64,000 bases of DNA from an uncultured Bacilli bacterium (GCA_947631205.1 CANRKL010000001.1:4802-68801), one strand, 5' to 3'. Shown: positions 41,222 through 50,431, numbered from the stretch's first letter. The notes: generated by a model not told the origin, from the letters alone. Program-made: numbers and translations.

Positions 41222-41998
41222 ATGAAAAAATTAAATGAACTATTACAAGAACTAGGAATATCCAAAGTTCGTTTAGCCAAATATTTAGGAGTATCTAGAC
41301 AAATGGTCTATAACTATTTAGATTTAGATGACATCAATAAATGGCCCAAAGAAAAAAAATTATTATTATTACAATTATTAGATATTGAAGATGGCGATGA
41401 ATCTACTATCAATAATATTGCCATTACAACTGATTATTTAATGAATATTGAAAATCGTTTAAATCAAACAATTAAAACTGGTAATACAAGTGATACATAT
41501 TTAGATTTTAAAAATCTTGATAAAGAATCACAAACATTATTAACTAGTATAATTAATATAATAAAAGAAAAGTTGACTGATGAACGTCATCATGAAGAAA
41601 ATCTATATACATTTACTTATTTAAATAATTTATTACAATCATTAGATAATGTTCCAGAAATAAAATATATTTTTGGTTATATGTCTAAAACAACTGGATT
41701 TACTAAAGTTAATGAATTTAAATTTAATGAAGATAAGCAATATATTTTTGAAGGCATTTTATTTACCGCTTTGACTTTATATAATAATGGGGGAGCCTCA
41801 AGAAGTCGTTTAACTGAGTCACATCGTCGTTGGGAACAAGAAATAGAGCAGAAGAATGAAGATAAACTTAGTCGAACAGAGCAACTTAATACTTTAAAAA
41901 TTCAAGCTTTAAAAGAATTAGGATATAATAAAATGACTACAGAAAATGCTGAAGAATTATTAGAAAAAATAGCTGAGATAGAATCTCGAAAAGTATAA
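41222..41998 (+). CDS. Hypothetical protein with an N-terminal XRE-like helix-turn-helix.
   Basis: The HTH reads LLQELGISKVRLAKYLGVSRQMVYNY. The C-terminal half is unknown. Confidence 0.5.
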   Translation: MKKLNELLQELGISKVRLAKYLGVSRQMVYNYLDLDDINKWPKEKKLLLLQLLDIEDGDESTINNIAITTDYLMNIENRLNQTIKTGNTSDTYLDFKNLDKESQTLLTSIINIIKEKLTDERHHEENLYTFTYLNNLLQSLDNVPEIKYIFGYMSKTTGFTKVNEFKFNEDKQYIFEGILFTALTLYNNGGASRSRLTESHRRWEQEIEQKNEDKLSRTEQLNTLKIQALKELGYNKMTTENAEELLEKIAEIESRKV

Positions 41999-42005
41999 GC
42001 AAAGT

Positions 42006-42027
42006 AGGGGAGCAACTCCCCTATTTT
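42006..42027 (+). terminator. Rho-independent terminator.
   Basis: AGGGGAG-caa-CTCCCCT followed by ATTTT. Confidence 0.55.
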
Positions 42028-42525
42028 CATTTTTAAAAAATCATTATCAAATATTTTGCTTTATAACATTATCTCCTATATTTAAATAATTGCATTTATA
42101 ATATACTATATATATAAAATATAATTTGCATTCAAATATAATAATTATTAAAAACATATCATTCAATTTAATTTAATTTTAACTAATTTTTATTATCACT
42201 TAATTTTTGATATTTTTAATTTGCATTATAATTATCTTATATGGATAATTCCTTTATTGATGGTAATTTTTTATTAAATATAAATTTGAAATGAGATGGA
42301 TAATTAATCATCTTTAATTATTTCGATGCAAATTATCAAAGAGTAAAATAACTACAAAATATCTAATAAATACAATAAATAAAAAAATATTTGAATTTTA
42401 ATAATTTAATAAATTTATATATAACTAACTATAACTATATATAATAGATAATAATTCTATTAATTCAATATAATCTATTATTGATATTTTCTTATATTTT
42501 TTAATCTATTTATATTATTATTTAT

Positions 42526-42553
42526 CAATTACATAATATATATTATGTTAACC
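42526..42553. other. dif: Chromosome dimer resolution site dif (Xer recombination site).
   Basis: The site reads CAATTACATAA-TATATA-TTATGTTAACC. The central region is identical to B. subtilis dif (TATATA). The XerD arm matches both E. coli (TTATGTTAAAT) and B. subtilis (TTATGTAAACT) at 9 of 11 positions, and the XerC arm ends ...CATAA as in E. coli. Confidence 0.7.
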
Positions 42554-42564
42554 GCGATATTTTA

Positions 42565-43323
42565 TTAGAATACAAAATGATTAATTAATAAGATTAATAT
42601 ACCTACTCCAATTCCTATTAAAAGCCAATTATCTTCATGATATTCTTTAGCTTTTGGTAATATCTCATGAATAGCTAATGTTATCATAATTCCAGCTACA
42701 AAAATTAAAATCATTCCAATCATGGCTTCAGTTATGAATTTTCTTAATAAAATAAAAGCTAAAACAGCTCCTAAAGGTTCAGCTAATCCCGATAAAAATG
42801 TTTTTTTAATTGCCTCTTTCTTCTTCCCTGTTGCATAATAAATGGGCACAGCAATACTTATCCCCTCAGGAATATTATGAAGCATAATAGCTAAACTTAA
42901 TTTGAGTCCTAAATAAATATTTTGATAACTACTTAAAAAAGTAACAATTCCCTCAGGAAAATTATGGAGCATTAAAGCAAGCATAGACAAAACCCCTACC
43001 CTATACAAGTCATTATTATAAGATGTAATTTTTTTATTAAGATAATAAATAAGAATTACACCTAAACAAAAAATAAAAATAGAAATTAGAAAACCTTTAA
43101 AAAGCTTAAATTCAGTAAGAATAGCATAAGAGGCTTCTGGGATTAATTCACTAACTGAAATACCAATCATAATAGTTAAAGAAAAAGCCAAAGAAAAAAC
43201 AATAAATTTATTAATGTTTTCTCTTTGCCATTTAAAAAATATTACTAAAGAACCTAAAACAGTTGATAGACCAGCGATAGAAGATATTAATAATGGAATT
43301 AAAAAGTGCATATTATCACCCAT
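42565..43323 (-). CDS. zupT: ZIP-family zinc transporter ZupT.
   Basis: It has eight TM helices and the HNFPEG / HNIPEG motifs. Confidence 0.85.
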   Translation of the reverse strand: MGDNMHFLIPLLISSIAGLSTVLGSLVIFFKWQRENINKFIVFSLAFSLTIMIGISVSELIPEASYAILTEFKLFKGFLISIFIFCLGVILIYYLNKKITSYNNDLYRVGVLSMLALMLHNFPEGIVTFLSSYQNIYLGLKLSLAIMLHNIPEGISIAVPIYYATGKKKEAIKKTFLSGLAEPLGAVLAFILLRKFITEAMIGMILIFVAGIMITLAIHEILPKAKEYHEDNWLLIGIGVGILILLINHFVF

Positions 43324-43362
43324 TAAAAATATATTCTAAATAATTTTTTTTAGAACAAATTA

Positions 43363-44271
43363 TTATTTTTTTCTCTTTAATGTTTGCTTGCGTTCTAAAT
43401 AATAATCTTCACTTATAACTTTTAATTTTAATAAATCATCTAAAGATAAATCATAAATACTATCCATATCATATGATTCTAATACTTTTTCACTACCATA
43501 TTTTTTTACTAATTCCCCAACTTCTTCATTATCATAAGGCTTATTATATCCCCTACTCAAATAACGTGCTTTTTCTTCTTCATCAAAAATAAATGGATTA
43601 TCATCACTTATTTTTTCCGGCATAAAATATTTTTCTTCTCCATGTAAATTTAATCTATTCATATCTAAATTAAATGAAGATAAATACTCGACAATAAAAC
43701 CCCTTAGTTTCATATAAGATTCTAATATATGAATAGCTCTATCTAACCAAAAATTATAATCACTACCATACATCTTTAATAAATGTTCTTTAACTTTAGA
43801 ATCAACTACTGAATTATATCTTGTTACATAATTTTTAACATCTTCATTGCACAAAATATCACTAGTAACTTCATCAATAAATCTTTTAAATTTTGAACTT
43901 CTGTTTATTCTAATATCTTTTTCATGATTTTCTACTTTAGCTAATCTTTCCTGCATAATATTTTGTAAATATATAATAAAATTAGGATTAAAATCTTTTG
44001 AAGGCTTAAATAATCCATTATAAAATTTATTTTCATAAGTTCCTTTTATCTTATTATATTTAGAACGAACTACATATATATTTTTTTGAGTTAAATCAAT
44101 ATTACTATTTTCTTTAATCATCTTAACAAATTCATCTTTAGTATAAGAAATTGTTTCTAAATCAATTGCTGTAATATCTTTAAATCCTAAGTCATACCCC
44201 GGAACAAAACTAAATAAATAAGAATCATCTAAATACATTAAATAATAATTATATGTTTGCATTAATATCAC
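43363..44271 (-). CDS. Hypothetical protein.
   Basis: The ORF is 302 aa and no motif was recognised. Confidence 0.45.
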   Translation of the reverse strand: MILMQTYNYYLMYLDDSYLFSFVPGYDLGFKDITAIDLETISYTKDEFVKMIKENSNIDLTQKNIYVVRSKYNKIKGTYENKFYNGLFKPSKDFNPNFIIYLQNIMQERLAKVENHEKDIRINRSSKFKRFIDEVTSDILCNEDVKNYVTRYNSVVDSKVKEHLLKMYGSDYNFWLDRAIHILESYMKLRGFIVEYLSSFNLDMNRLNLHGEEKYFMPEKISDDNPFIFDEEEKARYLSRGYNKPYDNEEVGELVKKYGSEKVLESYDMDSIYDLSLDDLLKLKVISEDYYLERKQTLKRKK

Positions 44272-44368
44272 CTGAATAGTATTTTACTAAAAATACCAAA
44301 CATTGGCAACCAATTTTTAAGTATGTAATTTAATTTATTACTCATAATACTACTGGGAGGTAAAAGAA

Positions 44369-44491
44369 ATGAAAAAGAATAATCAAAATCGTTCTAACAA
44401 CTCTAGTAGAAACAACAACCAAAGAAATAACAACAACAATAGAAACAATTCTAGTAGAAAAGAAGAACAAAAAGAAAACAATAATCGTTAA
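44369..44491 (+). CDS. Small, highly basic, Asn/Arg/Ser-rich protein (40 aa), not in the ORF track.
   Basis: Translation reads MKKNNQNRSNNSSRNNNQRNNNNNRNNSSRKEEQKENNNR. A strong GGGAGG RBS lies 8 nt upstream of the ATG. Confidence 0.4.
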   Translation: MKKNNQNRSNNSSRNNNQRNNNNNRNNSSRKEEQKENNNR

Positions 44492-44521
44492 TTAAATGAC
44501 AATATTTAAGAGGAAAATGAT

Positions 44522-45430
44522 TTATTTTTCCTCCTTTTTTTGGGCTCTAGGATGGGTATTTAAATATTCATCATGTGTGTGTTCACTAGATAAATGAGTA
44601 TAAATTTGAGTTGTTGCAATATCACTATGACCTAGTAATTCTTGAATAATTCGTAAATCTGCACCATTTTGTAATAAATGAGTAGCAAAAGAATGTCTTA
44701 AAGTGTGAGGTGAGATATTTTTCTTGATTGAAGCTTTTTGACACAAAGATTTAAGAATTTTAAAAAAACCTTGTCTTGTAATAACTAACCCTCGATTATT
44801 CAAAAAAATATTATCCGTATTCTTACCTTTTTTTATTAATAATGGACGATACTTATCCATATATAAACTTAAATATTTCTTACTTGTTTCATTTATTGGA
44901 ACTATTCTTTCTTTAGACCCCTTCCCTAAAATTCTTATTGAATCATTTTTAAAATCAATATTATTAAATTTTAAATTAATTAACTCACTAACCCGAAGAC
45001 CGCTTCCATACATTAATTCTAACATAGCCTTTGTCCTAAAATCATAAGGTGTATTTAAAGGAATATTAAGAAGCCTATCAGTTTCTTCATAAGTTAAAAC
45101 TTCAGGTAATTTTTTATTAACTTTTGGTAATAAAATATTCTCACAAGGATTTTTAGTAATATAATCTTCTTTTAAACAAAAATGATAAAAACTATTAATT
45201 ACTGTTAAATAATGTGACCTAGTATTAGATGTTAGTTCTAAGTTATCTAAATTTTCTAAAAATTTTTTAATATCATCTTCTCTTAATTCTAATAAGTTTT
45301 TTTTAGAAAAGTAGCTCTCAAAAACATCTAATTCTTTAGCATAAGAAATTAAAGTATTTTCACTTAGTTTTTTAGCATATTTTAAGTATTCTATATATTC
45401 AGTTACTTTACTATTCACTACTATCACCAT
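44522..45430 (-). CDS. xerD: XerC/XerD-type tyrosine site-specific recombinase.
   Basis: The R..HxxR..Y catalytic signature is present (LRHSFATHLL...LGHSDIATTQIYTHL). The size of 302 aa is typical of Xer. A dif site lies 2 kb away. The XerC-versus-XerD assignment is not resolved. Confidence 0.75.
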   Translation of the reverse strand: MVIVVNSKVTEYIEYLKYAKKLSENTLISYAKELDVFESYFSKKNLLELREDDIKKFLENLDNLELTSNTRSHYLTVINSFYHFCLKEDYITKNPCENILLPKVNKKLPEVLTYEETDRLLNIPLNTPYDFRTKAMLELMYGSGLRVSELINLKFNNIDFKNDSIRILGKGSKERIVPINETSKKYLSLYMDKYRPLLIKKGKNTDNIFLNNRGLVITRQGFFKILKSLCQKASIKKNISPHTLRHSFATHLLQNGADLRIIQELLGHSDIATTQIYTHLSSEHTHDEYLNTHPRAQKKEEK

Positions 45431-45504
45431 AAATTTAGTATATATTTTATTTCTTTATTTGTCAAACAATTGGGCTTTTGGTATACTTATATAAGGTGAT
45501 GTCT

Positions 45505-46704
45505 ATGGAGAACTTAGCAAGTATTATGCGACCAGAAAAATTAGAAGATATAATAGGTCAAAAACACTTAATTGGTAAAGATAAAGTATTATATAACTTA
45601 GTTAAAAATGGTAAATTATTTTCCATGATTTTATATGGCAAACCAGGAATTGGTAAAACATCCATTGCTCATGTATTAGTTAATAGCCTAAATTTAAAAT
45701 ATCGTATGTTAAATGCTGTAATAAATAAAAAAGAAGATTTTATAATTGCCATTGAAGAAGCTAAACTAAATGATGGAATGATTTTAGTAGTCGATGAAAT
45801 ACACCGAATGAATAAAGATAAACAAGACATCTTACTTCCCTATTTAGAAAGTGGACTTATTACTTTAATTGGCCTTACTACATCTAATCCTTATCACTCT
45901 ATTAATCCAGCTATTAGAAGTCGTGTTCAATTATTTGAATTAAAAGAGTTAACCAAAGATGATATCTTAGAAGGTCTTAAAAAAGCTTCTACTTACCTAA
46001 AAGATATAAATATTGATGATGAAGCCTTAAATTATATAATTAATTCAAGCTCTGGAGACTTAAGAAGCGCTATATCGTTATTAGAAGTTGCCTATTATGG
46101 TTCAAATAGCCATCATATCACTAAAGATTTATTAATAACTATGGGGGCTAAACCAATATTTTTCCATGATAAAAATGCTGATGGTTATTATGATGTTTTA
46201 TCAGCATTTCAAAAATCAATTCGTGGAAGTGATGTTGATGCTTCTCTTCATTATTTAGCTAGATTAATTGAAGCTGGTGATTTAGATAGTATCTATAGAA
46301 GAATGAGTGTAATTGCATATGAAGATATTGGCCTTGCTAATCCAAGTATTGGACCCAAAGTCGCCGCGGCAATTGCAGCTGCTAACTTAGTTGGCCTTCC
46401 TGAAGCCAGAATTCCCCTAGGAACTATAGTAACAGAAATGGCCTTATCTCCCAAATCTAATTCAGCTCACCTAGCCTTAGATGAAGCCTTAAATGATATT
46501 CATAAAGGATTTACCGGAAATGTTCCCAATCATATTAAAACAACTTCACAAGACTACCTATATCCTCATAATTATCCTAATAGTTATGTCAAACAAGAAT
46601 ACTTACCTAAAGAGCTTAAAGGGAAAAAATACTATCAACCTAAAAGAAATAAATACGAAGACAATTTAAATAAATTACATCAAGAAATGAAAGGAGAAAA
46701 ATAA
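45505..46704 (+). CDS. rarA: Replication-associated recombination protein A (RarA/MgsA).
   Basis: Walker A reads GKPGIGKTS and Walker B reads VVDEIHR, and the MgsA C-terminal helical domains are present. The start was placed at the ATG after an AAGGTG RBS (the track ORF starts at 45478). Confidence 0.88.
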   Translation: MENLASIMRPEKLEDIIGQKHLIGKDKVLYNLVKNGKLFSMILYGKPGIGKTSIAHVLVNSLNLKYRMLNAVINKKEDFIIAIEEAKLNDGMILVVDEIHRMNKDKQDILLPYLESGLITLIGLTTSNPYHSINPAIRSRVQLFELKELTKDDILEGLKKASTYLKDINIDDEALNYIINSSSGDLRSAISLLEVAYYGSNSHHITKDLLITMGAKPIFFHDKNADGYYDVLSAFQKSIRGSDVDASLHYLARLIEAGDLDSIYRRMSVIAYEDIGLANPSIGPKVAAAIAAANLVGLPEARIPLGTIVTEMALSPKSNSAHLALDEALNDIHKGFTGNVPNHIKTTSQDYLYPHNYPNSYVKQEYLPKELKGKKYYQPKRNKYEDNLNKLHQEMKGEK

Positions 46705-46705
46705 T

Positions 46706-47593
46706 ATGCAATTTGCTTTAATTGGCTGTGGTGTATACAGTTTAGGAATATCTAAAATCATAAAAGATAATATTAAAATTAAAATGTGGGTTCATGATGA
46801 GACAATAATCCCTAGTTTACCTAAAGAATCAAATATAACCTATAGTAATAATCTTGATGAAATAAAAAATGATGTATCAGCGATATTTATTTTAGTATCA
46901 TCAAATTTTTATAAAGACATAATTAATAATTTAAAAGATAATCTAAATCATGATATTCCCATTTATATAGGAACCAAAGGAATGATTAACGATGAAACTC
47001 TAATTAATTACACTAAAAAAATTATTCCTAATCCCCTATTCTTTTTTGCAGGACCTACATTTGCTAATGATTTAATGAAAAATACCCCAGCTTCATTTAC
47101 ATTATCTAGTAAAGATAATAATTTATTTAATAATATAACTCTTAATAATATATTAATAGATTATGCCACTAGCGAAGTTTTATTAGAGCTATCAAGTATC
47201 TATAAAAACATAATAGCGATTGGTTCTGGTATGATTATGGGCTTAACAAACTCATACTCTACCCTCTTAACTTATTTAACTAAAGCTTATCAAGAATTTG
47301 TTATTATAGATAAAACAGCCAATTACTTTAGTTATGGAACATTAGGAGACTATTTTTTAACAACAACTTCATCTTCATCAAGAAATTATAACTATGGTAA
47401 ATTACTCATTGAAAATAATGTTAATGATTATTTATTAAAAAATACTGTAGAGGGTTACAATATGTTACCTAACTTTTATAAATATCTTCAAAATAATTCA
47501 TATAATATAACCATAATTAATATTATATATCAGATAATTTATGAAAATAAAGACCCAAAAACAATACTTGAATATTTAAAAAGAACGGAATAA
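46706..47593 (+). CDS. Divergent GpsA-like NAD(P)-dependent glycerol-3-phosphate dehydrogenase homolog (tentative).
   Basis: It has an N-terminal Rossmann-like IGCGVYSLG. The central NIIAIGSGMIMGL resembles GpsA NVIAIAAGI.DGL. The assignment is uncertain. Confidence 0.45.
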   Translation: MQFALIGCGVYSLGISKIIKDNIKIKMWVHDETIIPSLPKESNITYSNNLDEIKNDVSAIFILVSSNFYKDIINNLKDNLNHDIPIYIGTKGMINDETLINYTKKIIPNPLFFFAGPTFANDLMKNTPASFTLSSKDNNLFNNITLNNILIDYATSEVLLELSSIYKNIIAIGSGMIMGLTNSYSTLLTYLTKAYQEFVIIDKTANYFSYGTLGDYFLTTTSSSSRNYNYGKLLIENNVNDYLLKNTVEGYNMLPNFYKYLQNNSYNITIINIIYQIIYENKDPKTILEYLKRTE

Positions 47594-47597
47594 TCCG

Positions 47598-47825
47598 TTA
47601 TTTTTTCTTTTTAGGATATGGAGCTCTCTCATCAGTTCTTCCTACCAAATAATCAATACTAACATTATAAAAATCAGCTAAAATATTTAATTTTTCAATA
47701 CTAATTAAATTTATTCCCATTTCACATCGTGAATATTGAGCTTGAGAAATCTTTAATAATTTAGCTATTTCACTTTGTTTAATATCCCTATCTTCCCTTA
47801 TTTCTTTTAATCTTTCAATATTCAT
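47598..47825 (-). CDS. XRE-family helix-turn-helix transcriptional regulator (SinR-like in size), divergent from a tasA-like gene.
   Basis: The HTH reads LKEIREDRDIKQSEIAKLLKISQAQYSRCE. The protein is 75 aa. Confidence 0.7.
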   Translation of the reverse strand: MNIERLKEIREDRDIKQSEIAKLLKISQAQYSRCEMGINLISIEKLNILADFYNVSIDYLVGRTDERAPYPKKKK

Positions 47826-47874
47826 AGATACCTACTCTTTCTATAAATATTCTAGCTTATATGCAAGTTACGTA

Positions 47875-47903
47875 TTGACATATATGCGTAATGCGTATAA
47901 AAT
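47875..47903 (+). promoter_or_regulatory. Promoter of the tasA-like gene with an embedded tandem ATGCGTA repeat (candidate operator).
   Basis: The -35 is TTGACA (47875-47880) and the -10 is TATAAA/TAAAAT. ATGCGTAATGCGTA lies in the spacer. Palindromic TACGTA lies just upstream. Confidence 0.4.
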
Positions 47904-47925
47904 AAATTAGAAGATAGGTGAAAAT

Positions 47926-49524
47926 ATGAAAAGTAAAAGAAATATAATAATTGTTTTAGTCTTAAGTTTAATAAGCATAATTACAATAGGAATAAGTTAT
48001 GCCTTTTGGCAAGTGACAAAAACTCAGATAGAAGAAAATGTTATAACAACAGGGTGTGTTGATGTAAAAATAGAAAATGAATTAAATCAAATAAATTTAG
48101 GAGAAGCCTATCCTATAGAAGACAGTGATGGATTAGAATTAAAACCATTTACATTTACCATTACTAATAAATGTAATGTATATACTGATTATGAGATAGG
48201 ATTAGAAATGTTAAGTAATACAAATTTAGAAAGTAAATATGTTAAAGTATTAATAAATCAAGTGGGTATAAAAAAGTCACCTAAATTACTCAGTAATTAC
48301 GAAAATGAAAGTAAAACCATAATAGATGGAGCTAAAGAAGGAAGAATACTCTTAAAAGGAAAATTAGACCCAACAACAGATGATAATAAACCTAGTAAAA
48401 AAGATTATGAATTAAGATTATGGTTAGATAATGATTCCCCAAAGTCAATAATGAATCAAACATTTACAAGTAAGATAGTAATTAATGGAAGTCAAGGAAG
48501 TGAACCAAAACCATCATATGAAATATGTAATCAAAATGAAGAAAGCGCGTCTTGCACAATTGCAAAACTAGCAGATGAAGATACAACTAATTTAATTTAT
48601 GATGATACAGATGACAAAAATTTAAGATATATAGGAAAAGAAGTAAATAATTATATTGATATAGGAGATAGAGATTCTGATAATAAACCAATCTTATGGC
48701 AAATTATCGGAATTATGAATAATGTATTAGTAGTCGATGATGAGAATAATGAACATCAAGAAAGTTTAGTAAAAATAATTAGAGCAGAAGATATAGGAAT
48801 ATTAAGCTGGGACACTTCAGCAAATGAAGTAAACGATGGACGTGGTGTAAATGAGTGGAGCGAGGCTGATATAATGTCCAACTTAAATAATGGAGCATAC
48901 TGGAACAAGAAAAGTGGACAATGTTACAATGGTTACAACGATGCTAAAGTAACATGTGATTTTAGTAGTACAGGACTAACTCCTACCGTCAAAGAAAATA
49001 TTGCTAAAGTAAGATGGAATACTGGGACTTTTGAATCATACGATACATCAGAGTGGTTAGCAAATGCGACATACAAAGCCGAACGAAGTGAAAATATTGG
49101 AAAAATATGTAACGGTGGAAACGATTGTAACGATAAAGTAGAAAGGCATACAACCTGGGATGGTTATATAGGACTTATGTATCCATCTGATTATATGTAT
49201 GCCGTTGGAGGTGATGTCCGAAATAATTGTTTAACAACAAGTATGGCCAACTGGAATAATAGCAATCCCAATTGTAAAGGTAATGATTGGTTATATATTT
49301 CTGAAAAAATACTATGGACCATGACTCCTGTTCCTAATTCATCATATGCTTATTATGTGTTCTTTGTCATGCCAGAAGGGCATGTGCTAAGTGGTAGTGC
49401 TCTTGCTGCCCGTGGTATTCGTCCAACCGCCTATTTAAAAGAAAATCTTAAAATTGCCGATAATCCTAATCCAGACAAAACATATGGTTCTAAAGAAAAT
49501 CCATTTCAACTAAAAAACAATTAA
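47926..49524 (+). CDS. TasA/camelysin-like secreted protein, 532 aa, paralog of 1335-2933.
   Basis: The signal peptide is followed by SYAFWQVTKTQ, VITTGCVDVKIEN and YELRLWLD. The C-terminal domain is shared with paralog 1, including TWDGYIGLMYPSDYMYAVGGDVRNNC...CKGNDWL...GIRPTAYL. Confidence 0.65.
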   Translation: MKSKRNIIIVLVLSLISIITIGISYAFWQVTKTQIEENVITTGCVDVKIENELNQINLGEAYPIEDSDGLELKPFTFTITNKCNVYTDYEIGLEMLSNTNLESKYVKVLINQVGIKKSPKLLSNYENESKTIIDGAKEGRILLKGKLDPTTDDNKPSKKDYELRLWLDNDSPKSIMNQTFTSKIVINGSQGSEPKPSYEICNQNEESASCTIAKLADEDTTNLIYDDTDDKNLRYIGKEVNNYIDIGDRDSDNKPILWQIIGIMNNVLVVDDENNEHQESLVKIIRAEDIGILSWDTSANEVNDGRGVNEWSEADIMSNLNNGAYWNKKSGQCYNGYNDAKVTCDFSSTGLTPTVKENIAKVRWNTGTFESYDTSEWLANATYKAERSENIGKICNGGNDCNDKVERHTTWDGYIGLMYPSDYMYAVGGDVRNNCLTTSMANWNNSNPNCKGNDWLYISEKILWTMTPVPNSSYAYYVFFVMPEGHVLSGSALAARGIRPTAYLKENLKIADNPNPDKTYGSKENPFQLKNN

Positions 49525-49542
49525 TAGCAAAAATTTATTCTA

Positions 49543-50205
49543 TTAATTGTTTTTTATAATATCCTCTATAACATACTTAGCTAAAAGAGCGCCTGCCATC
49601 ATTGGAACATAGCAAATAGTTCCAAGTCCTTTATTTTTAATTGGTACTTCCCTACTCCATACAACTTTAGTATTTAAGTATTTCTTAGGTAAAGAAGTTC
49701 TAATTTTTTTAGCTAAAGGGTCATTAGATGTTTTTTCAAGAGAAGTTGTAGTAAGTTCTAAAGGATTTAATCTATTAGCAGTTCCCATACAAGATATTAA
49801 TTTTATTTTATTATCTTTAGCATATTTAATTAAGGCAATCTTTGTTTTAGTATCATCACAGGCATCTATAACATAATCATAACCACCAACTACCTCATTT
49901 ATATTATCTTCATTTAAGGCTATTTTTAAAGCCTTTATTTTACAGTTAGGATTAATTAATAAAGCTCTATTTTTAGCTTCTATTACCTTTTCTTTATTTA
50001 AATTACTAGAATTTGCTAAAATCTGTCTATTAATATTTGTTAATTCAAAATTATCTTTATCAATAACTGTAATATTTATAAATCCACTTCTTACTAATAC
50101 TTCTAAAGTATAACCACCAACTCCCCCTAAGCCAATTAATAATACATTTACTTTAGCTATTTTATCTAAGTTTTCATGCAATAATAATTCTAATCTATCA
50201 AACAT
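49543..50205 (-). CDS. tcdA: ThiF/MoeB/HesA-family E1-like enzyme; likely tRNA threonylcarbamoyladenosine dehydratase (TcdA).
   Basis: It has the GLGGVGGY Rossmann motif near the N-terminus and TcdA-like length and organisation. Confidence 0.7.
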   Translation of the reverse strand: MFDRLELLLHENLDKIAKVNVLLIGLGGVGGYTLEVLVRSGFINITVIDKDNFELTNINRQILANSSNLNKEKVIEAKNRALLINPNCKIKALKIALNEDNINEVVGGYDYVIDACDDTKTKIALIKYAKDNKIKLISCMGTANRLNPLELTTTSLEKTSNDPLAKKIRTSLPKKYLNTKVVWSREVPIKNKGLGTICYVPMMAGALLAKYVIEDIIKNN

Positions 50206-50431
50206 TTAAATCACTCCATTAAAAAATCCAAAAAGTAAGTGTGATAAAATCCCGCTAATTGCAGGTGGGCATCTCATCTATACTTTAGGATTCTAATTCA
50301 CTTAATGGATTAGCCTTCTACACCATATAGAGTTCTGACTCCCAAGTATCACCACAGTCGGTTTTATGCTAAACTTACTCTTTGGTAATTTAATTGTATC
50401 AAAGAATTTCTAATAAAACAATACCAATTTT

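Noticed and set aside
42030-42525. Considered whether the AT-rich tract is a replication origin (oriC).
   Set aside because: There is no cluster of DnaA boxes (TTATCCACA-like), and no dnaA/dnaN nearby. The gene-strand bias converges on this point rather than diverging from it. The adjacent 28-mer matches dif rather than origin features.
44522-45430. Considered the tyrosine recombinase as a prophage or ICE integrase.
   Set aside because: Its size (302 aa) and its C-terminal motif (LRHSFATHLL...LGHSDIATTQIYTHL) are XerC/D-type. No phage or conjugation genes flank it. A dif site lies 2 kb away.
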